Positions 27,670 to 32,000 of a stretch of 32,000 nucleotides of DNA are shown here, one piece after another (within the stretch, counting starts at the first letter, position 1; each line of letters opens with the position of its first letter). Under the pieces are notes generated by a model that worked only from the letters and a program-made list of their open reading frames with translations, was not told the origin of the DNA and made no database searches. This DNA is from Microcystis aeruginosa NIES-2549. GTDB lineage: Bacteria; Cyanobacteriota; Cyanobacteriia; Cyanobacteriales; Microcystaceae. The DNA lies in NCBI RefSeq assembly GCF_000981785.2, contig NZ_CP011304.1, positions 2,580,001 through 2,612,000 on the forward strand, in the 5' to 3' direction. Both the position numbers and the translations under genes were made by a program.

Positions 27670-28449
27670 GTGTCTTTAATCGCCACACCTATGGCCATCA
27701 TCGCTCTGAAAGCTTGGTATCTGGACAAATACGAACCTATCCGCGAGGTTGTCAAACGTCCCCACGACTTGCGCTTAAGTCGCAATAGTCTCTTAAAATC
27801 GGGTTTAAGAGCCGATTTTCTCGATGATAGTCTGACAATACAGGGTTCTGTCTGGTTCCAACGCTATCTAGAAGGGGAAAGGGTGGAATTTTACCTCGAA
27901 GGTAGTGGCGGTTACGTCATCTCGAATATTGACCTGATTTCCCAAGAAATTTACTTTACTAAACAGGACCTCAGCACTTGGCTGGATCCCGTCATTTATT
28001 TTAGCTCCCAAAGCCAATTTAAGGACTCTAGCACCGCTTTAAAAACAGTTTTGACCGAAACCGTCGAAAATCTCAATAAACGCTCCCGTTTGCCCTTAAA
28101 CGTGGAAGAAACGCCCCGAACTGAGGGCAATGTCACCAGATTGAGTGATAGTCAATTACGCAAAATTCGCAAAAGTTTATTATTTATTGCCGATGCTACG
28201 GCGATTAGCCAAAAGGAAACGGAATTACTGCCTAGTCCCCTAGTGGGTGTAGAATTGGGTTATGCGATCGCTTGTAAACAGGGCGGACAAATTCTGCTAA
28301 CCTATCAAAATCGAGCGGAATTAAAGGGTAAACTAGCTTTTGACCTGCCAAGCTACCAAAAATTAACTTTCTCGGATCTTAGCGAATTGCGTCTCACTTT
28401 CCCGCCTTTAATGGCAACTTTATTACAAAAATTCAATCTGATTAGTTAA
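27670..28449 (+). CDS. Hypothetical protein; the C-terminal half is possibly a TIR-like / nucleoside 2-deoxyribosyltransferase-like fold
   Basis: This is an uninterrupted ORF with a GTG at 27670 and an alternative ATG at 27691. C-terminal pattern: PVIYFSSQSQFKDSS (beta strand followed by Ser-rich), LLFIADAT, and SPLVGVELGYAIACKQGGQILL (a conserved-Glu helix followed by a strand). Confidence 0.6.
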   Translation: MSLIATPMAIIALKAWYLDKYEPIREVVKRPHDLRLSRNSLLKSGLRADFLDDSLTIQGSVWFQRYLEGERVEFYLEGSGGYVISNIDLISQEIYFTKQDLSTWLDPVIYFSSQSQFKDSSTALKTVLTETVENLNKRSRLPLNVEETPRTEGNVTRLSDSQLRKIRKSLLFIADATAISQKETELLPSPLVGVELGYAIACKQGGQILLTYQNRAELKGKLAFDLPSYQKLTFSDLSELRLTFPPLMATLLQKFNLIS

Positions 28450-28454
28450 AAAAA

Positions 28455-28706
28455 ATGAGTAGAAAGGCTGACGAGTACGCAGTACATTTGTTCTTAAGCA
28501 ATGGACATCGCGAGGAGGTACGTTTTTTGACTATCCAAGAATTTCAAAAGTGGTACAGTAACGAATTAGTTCCGAAAGCCGATTCCAGGGATTTTATCAA
28601 TGTTCCGATCAGAAATATCCAAGGGGAATATATGGTTTTACGTCCGGCTAGTGTCATTGCTATTCGCGTGGAACCCGTCTTTTTTGGCAGTGTGGAAAGA
28701 ATATAA
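28455..28706 (+). CDS. Hypothetical 83-aa protein
   Basis: The ATG ORF starts 5 nt after the preceding stop. I recognise no motif. Confidence 0.55.
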   Translation: MSRKADEYAVHLFLSNGHREEVRFLTIQEFQKWYSNELVPKADSRDFINVPIRNIQGEYMVLRPASVIAIRVEPVFFGSVERI

Positions 28707-28716
28707 TTTGTCGTTA

Positions 28717-28748
28717 TCCCTAAAAAAGATAGTTAGATAGGGAGAATT
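28717..28748 (+). terminator. Possible terminator hairpin between convergent genes
   Basis: TCCCTA-15 nt-TAGGGA is followed by GAATTTT. It lies between the stops at 28706 (+) and 28749 (-). Confidence 0.3.
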
Positions 28749-29156
28749 TTAGAGATTATTGATAATTCTCTCAATGTCAGCTTGGATTTGATTGCTGACT
28801 TTGCCTTGCCAGCGTTCTTTTAATTCCCTTAATCCCACTTCTGCGTATTGACAGATCTTATCTAAAACTTCTTTGCCGTCGCTGGGTTGAGGATAGGAAT
28901 TCTTTTTACAGATAATATAAATTCCTGCGGTTAAAGCTAAAATAACTTCTGGATCGATTTGGCTAATATTAATTAAATCTTGTCGATTGCTCAGATTGAT
29001 TCCGTAGATACTGAAGTCTTGTTTAATGGCAAAAGCAGCGGCGAATAAATAAGCATCTACCATGCGCTCAAAGGTTTTATTATCTTTTAGTACCTGTAGA
29101 TAATTTCTGGAAGTTTCCGAGGCATAAATCTTCAAACTGGAATCGATTCTCTGCAT
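28749..29156 (-). CDS. 135-aa protein translationally coupled to the DndD-like ATPase (possibly a DndE-like or dnd-associated small protein)
   Basis: Its ATG shares one base with the ATPase TAA (TAATG at 29154-29158). The product is predicted helical. The layout, a short N-terminal strand and then helices (SRNYLQVLKDNKTFERMVDAYLFAAAFAIKQD), loosely recalls DndE. Confidence 0.7.
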   Translation of the reverse strand: MQRIDSSLKIYASETSRNYLQVLKDNKTFERMVDAYLFAAAFAIKQDFSIYGINLSNRQDLINISQIDPEVILALTAGIYIICKKNSYPQPSDGKEVLDKICQYAEVGLRELKERWQGKVSNQIQADIERIINNL

Positions 29157-31105
29157 TAGTAACTCTCCATCACTTCAATCACGGAAGCATCTTCATCGGC
29201 AGCCAAACGGTGTATTTTAAAAATATCAGTAGTGTGGGGAAGCAAGAGATTTAAAAGTGGATCGGGAAGATCGCGATCCGTGGCTAAAATAATCACTTGG
29301 GAGTTGAAATTAGGGAGAGAGTTAATAATATTTTTTTGATGTTCTTTGTCTAAATGGCCAAAAGGTGTATCCATAATTAGGGGGACACAGGTATCAGTTA
29401 TTTGATTTAAACCAGTGATAAAAGCAAAAGCTAAAGCTTCCTTTTCTCCTGCACTTAAGACATCGGGATTTAATAATTTTCCCGTGAGGGTACGGATTCC
29501 TAAAGTGTATTCGGGAGTGATTTCTACTCCTCTATATTCCTCTGGTTTGTTGGTTACTTGTAAATAGCGATCGCTGGTTGCTTGATTAATCATTTTTTGG
29601 GAATTATCGATATGCCATTCGATTAATTCGTTAGTGGCATTTTTTAAACCTCTGGCCATTTTAACCTGATTAGATAACATCGAGGTGGTTTGATTTTCAC
29701 TAGCTAAAATTTCTACTTCTTGGCGTAAATTTTCTAATTGCTTTTCTTTGATTTCGATTTCCTTTTGCAAGCGTTCTATCCTTTCTTCAATCTCTTTAAC
29801 TTTTTGTTCCGATTCGCCAACTTTTCGCCAAATATCATTAGCTGATTCTTGATTTATTCCCGTGGTTTCCTGTTTTAGCTGTTTAATATGTTGATTAATT
29901 TCTTCGATTTCTTCTTCTAAAAGATCTCTTTGTAAAAGCAATTGACTATAATTGCTAAATTTGGCATTATCTCGGATAATTCCCTGTAAATCAATTCTAA
30001 TTTGGTCTTTTTCTATTCTGGTGGCGTTGTCCATTTCTAAGGACTCTAGTTCGGCAATTTTTTCAAGGATAAAGTCACGAGAATTTTTATCTAAACAACG
30101 ACCACATAGACAGCTTTCATCGTCAATTATTGTTTTTAAAACTGCTGTAGAATTAGTTTTATAAGTGCTTTTTAAGCTAGTAACTTGCAAATCGTCAGCC
30201 ATTTCCTGCACAAAGTTAATCAGCAAAGGTATCGAAGCTTTTTTTAACCAAGAATCAATAGACTTTTGTAGGTTATTTAACTGAGTTTGTAAACCGATAC
30301 GCTTTTTCTCTAAGTCATGAATTTCTTCTAATTTTTCTCGTAAACTTTCAATCTGAGCGGCTTTTTCTTGAGCATCATGATGGATAATTATAGCTTTTTT
30401 TTCCTCATCTTTAGCATTTTTAAGCTGACCTTTTTGAAGACAAATTTCTTCTTCTAATTCTCGTAATTGTTGCATCTTATATTTAAAAGTCTGACTGGTT
30501 CCCTCCGCTTTATTTAAACGGTTTTCTAATTCCTGCAAGGCTTTTTCTGTATCATCACGCAGATTTCTTAATTCAGGGATACCCAAAACTTTTTCAATTG
30601 CTTCTTTTGCTTCTTTGGTTTGAGTTATCTGGGTATATTGTTCGATTTTTGAGCCATCAAAACAGAAAAAATCTCGAATAGATTTAGGAAGCAATGCTTC
30701 GATATATTCCCTAGAGTTACTTGCTTTTATGGTTCCATCTTCATAAAATAATGCTTCCTCTACGCTTGGATAAGAAGTGATACCATTATCTTTTAATTTC
30801 GCTGTGCGACTGATAAAGAAATTTTTCTCGTTTCTAGTAAAATTTAATTCTACCCGCATTTCTTTTTCTTCTACTGATGATGAATCATCCTTACCTCGAT
30901 AAAAATAGGTTTTCAGAGTCTCTTTAGATACAATATCTCCCCCATAGAGACACCATAAAATCGCCGTCATCAGAGAAGTTTTACCGTGGCCATTATTCCC
31001 GAATATAATATGAATATTTCTGTCGGGATGCAGGTTAAAAGTAATATTTTGACTAGGGTAACATTTCCAATTAGTTAAGCGAATTTGTTTCAGTCTCAAA
31101 GTCAT
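29156..31105 (-). CDS. DndD-like SMC/ABC-type ATPase with a coiled coil and a CxCxxC hook
   Basis: Walker A is GNNGHGKTS (30974-31000), followed by FFCFDGSKIEQY. Two long heptad-rich charged segments flank CLCGRC (30095-30112). The ABC signature is LSAGEKE (29438-29458) and the Walker B/D-loop is PLIMDTPFGHLD (29348-29383), followed by SQVIILATD. Confidence 0.85.
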   Translation of the reverse strand: MTLRLKQIRLTNWKCYPSQNITFNLHPDRNIHIIFGNNGHGKTSLMTAILWCLYGGDIVSKETLKTYFYRGKDDSSSVEEKEMRVELNFTRNEKNFFISRTAKLKDNGITSYPSVEEALFYEDGTIKASNSREYIEALLPKSIRDFFCFDGSKIEQYTQITQTKEAKEAIEKVLGIPELRNLRDDTEKALQELENRLNKAEGTSQTFKYKMQQLRELEEEICLQKGQLKNAKDEEKKAIIIHHDAQEKAAQIESLREKLEEIHDLEKKRIGLQTQLNNLQKSIDSWLKKASIPLLINFVQEMADDLQVTSLKSTYKTNSTAVLKTIIDDESCLCGRCLDKNSRDFILEKIAELESLEMDNATRIEKDQIRIDLQGIIRDNAKFSNYSQLLLQRDLLEEEIEEINQHIKQLKQETTGINQESANDIWRKVGESEQKVKEIEERIERLQKEIEIKEKQLENLRQEVEILASENQTTSMLSNQVKMARGLKNATNELIEWHIDNSQKMINQATSDRYLQVTNKPEEYRGVEITPEYTLGIRTLTGKLLNPDVLSAGEKEALAFAFITGLNQITDTCVPLIMDTPFGHLDKEHQKNIINSLPNFNSQVIILATDRDLPDPLLNLLLPHTTDIFKIHRLAADEDASVIEVMESY

Positions 31106-31114
31106 AGGGTTTAT

Positions 31115-31282
31115 TTATTGTGGGGAGTCGGTATATTTTTCGATAAGTTCGACAATTTTAGGTGATAGCCGCCGATTTTTTAGAGTAATTTTTTCCACTT
31201 CTAAAGCCATGGCTTCCTTGAGCAGTTGAGGAGGTATCTCATATTTTTGTGCCAGATCTTTAATTTTAGCAGTTATGTCCAT
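31115..31282 (-). CDS. 55-aa helical protein, first gene of the ATPase operon (not in the ORF track)
   Basis: The ATG-to-TAA ORF encodes MDITAKIKDLAQKYEIPPQLLKEAMALEVEKITLKNRRLSPKIVELIEKYTDSPQ. It ends 9 nt before the ATPase ATG. Confidence 0.5.
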   Translation of the reverse strand: MDITAKIKDLAQKYEIPPQLLKEAMALEVEKITLKNRRLSPKIVELIEKYTDSPQ

Positions 31283-31431
31283 GAATTTTCTGGTGGTTGG
31301 GGAGTGGAGATTGTCAAGTCTTAATTCTTATTTGCCAAGAGATACCTTGATGAGGATAAATTTTATAACATATCTGAGTAGGTGAGGCCATAGTAAGTTA
31401 ATTCTTGGACGAATCTCTTAATAATTGTACA

Positions 31432-31826
31432 TCACCATCCCCTCAAGGAGGAAAGACATCGATTAAAGTCCCTTTTTTTTGCCACGGCTGCCCGGAGAAT
31501 TCTGCCGCGACGTTGAATAAATTGACGAGGAGAAGCATCAGCAGCGAGGATAATTCCCTGACTGACTTGTGGGATATCAACCCCCTCATCGAGATATTTT
31601 ACTGCCACTAATGCGTCAAGATTTCCCGAAGATAACTGTAATAATAACATAACTCGATCGCTGTCTAAGGAACTATAGCGAGCGACTCTTTTTCCCTGAC
31701 GTGCTAATCGGGTACTAATCTAAACAAGGTAGATAAAATTTTCCAATAATATTATGGCACTCCCTGGGGTATTCTTCTAATAGGTCTAATTGTTGTAGTG
31801 ACAATTTAAATTCCTCCTCGATCTCG
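31432..31826 (-). pseudogene. Decayed SF2 helicase C-terminal domain (type III restriction res / DEAD-like family)
   Basis: Motifs V-VI are recognisable (LDALVAVKYLDEGVDIPQVSQGIILAADASPRQFIQRRGRILR). The reading frame is broken upstream by an in-frame TAG and a frame change near 31700-31720. It is broken downstream at an A8 run (31473-31480), after which KKGTLIDVFPP continues in another frame. Motifs I-III are absent. Confidence 0.55.
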
Positions 31827-32000
31827 TTTTAAGTCATAAATAACTTTTTCATAACACCAGCTTTTACTGCGTTGGGGATTTCTCAATCTAATACTTAAAA
31901 ACAATCGACTCGCTAAAGCTTTATCTCCATTCACGAGGGTTAAAAGTTCTCTTTCCAAGTAGAAAAGTTTAGGCTGACTGATTGGCAAATTTTGACGATT
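31806..32000 (-). CDS. Small conserved-looking hypothetical protein, open to the window edge
   Basis: The frame is open from nt 32000. The sequence ...LERELLTLVNGDKALASRLFLSIRLRNPQRSKSWCYEKVIYDLKRDR resembles small multi-copy cyanobacterial ORFs. The start is undetermined. Confidence 0.4.
   Translation of the reverse strand, partial: NRQNLPISQPKLFYLERELLTLVNGDKALASRLFLSIRLRNPQRSKSWCYEKVIYDLKRDRGGI

Noticed and set aside
28749-31105. DndD-like and 135-aa genes as a canonical Dnd phosphorothioation system
   Set aside because: No dndA, dndB or dndC (or sspA/B/D) is present in the window, and the 135-aa protein only vaguely resembles DndE. I therefore report it as an orphan or atypical module, not as Dnd.

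Overview
This is a cyanobacterial chromosomal window, probably Microcystis-like. HIP1 palindromes (GCGATCGC) occur at 1921-1928, 2517-2524, 3317-3324 and 7777-7784, heptamer tandem-repeat arrays fill several intergenic gaps, and psaK is present. Recognisable housekeeping genes are a 5'-truncated CBS/poly(A)-polymerase-family gene, an RRM RNA-binding protein, pheS, an FAD oxidoreductase, cdd, a GTPase, an amino-acid ABC permease, psaK, rpmB, secA, ispF and argS.

Several accessory patches interrupt this backbone:
- A tnpB-only IS200/IS605 element (about 4194-5514) with recognisable end hairpins, inserted next to the remnant of a small membrane-protein gene.
- A patch of decayed toxin-antitoxin genes (7927-8413).
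- An AT-rich island between rpmB and secA (13811-20147). It holds a DUF433/PIN-like pair, a 1076-aa single-chain Type IIG-like restriction-methyltransferase flanked by structured repeats, and an ImmA/IrrE metallopeptidase with a coupled small ORF.
- A hicBA pair (24060-24536).
- The most interesting locus, a very AT-rich minus-strand operon (28749-31282). It encodes an unlisted 55-aa protein, a 649-aa DndD-like SMC/ABC ATPase with a central CxCxxC hook, and a translationally coupled 135-aa protein. No DNA-modification partner genes are present, and a decayed helicase gene lies just upstream. A possible TIR/deoxyribosyltransferase-like protein with an 83-aa partner converges on it.

I saw no rRNA, tRNA or CRISPR array. 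All family assignments come from motif recognition by eye, with no database search.
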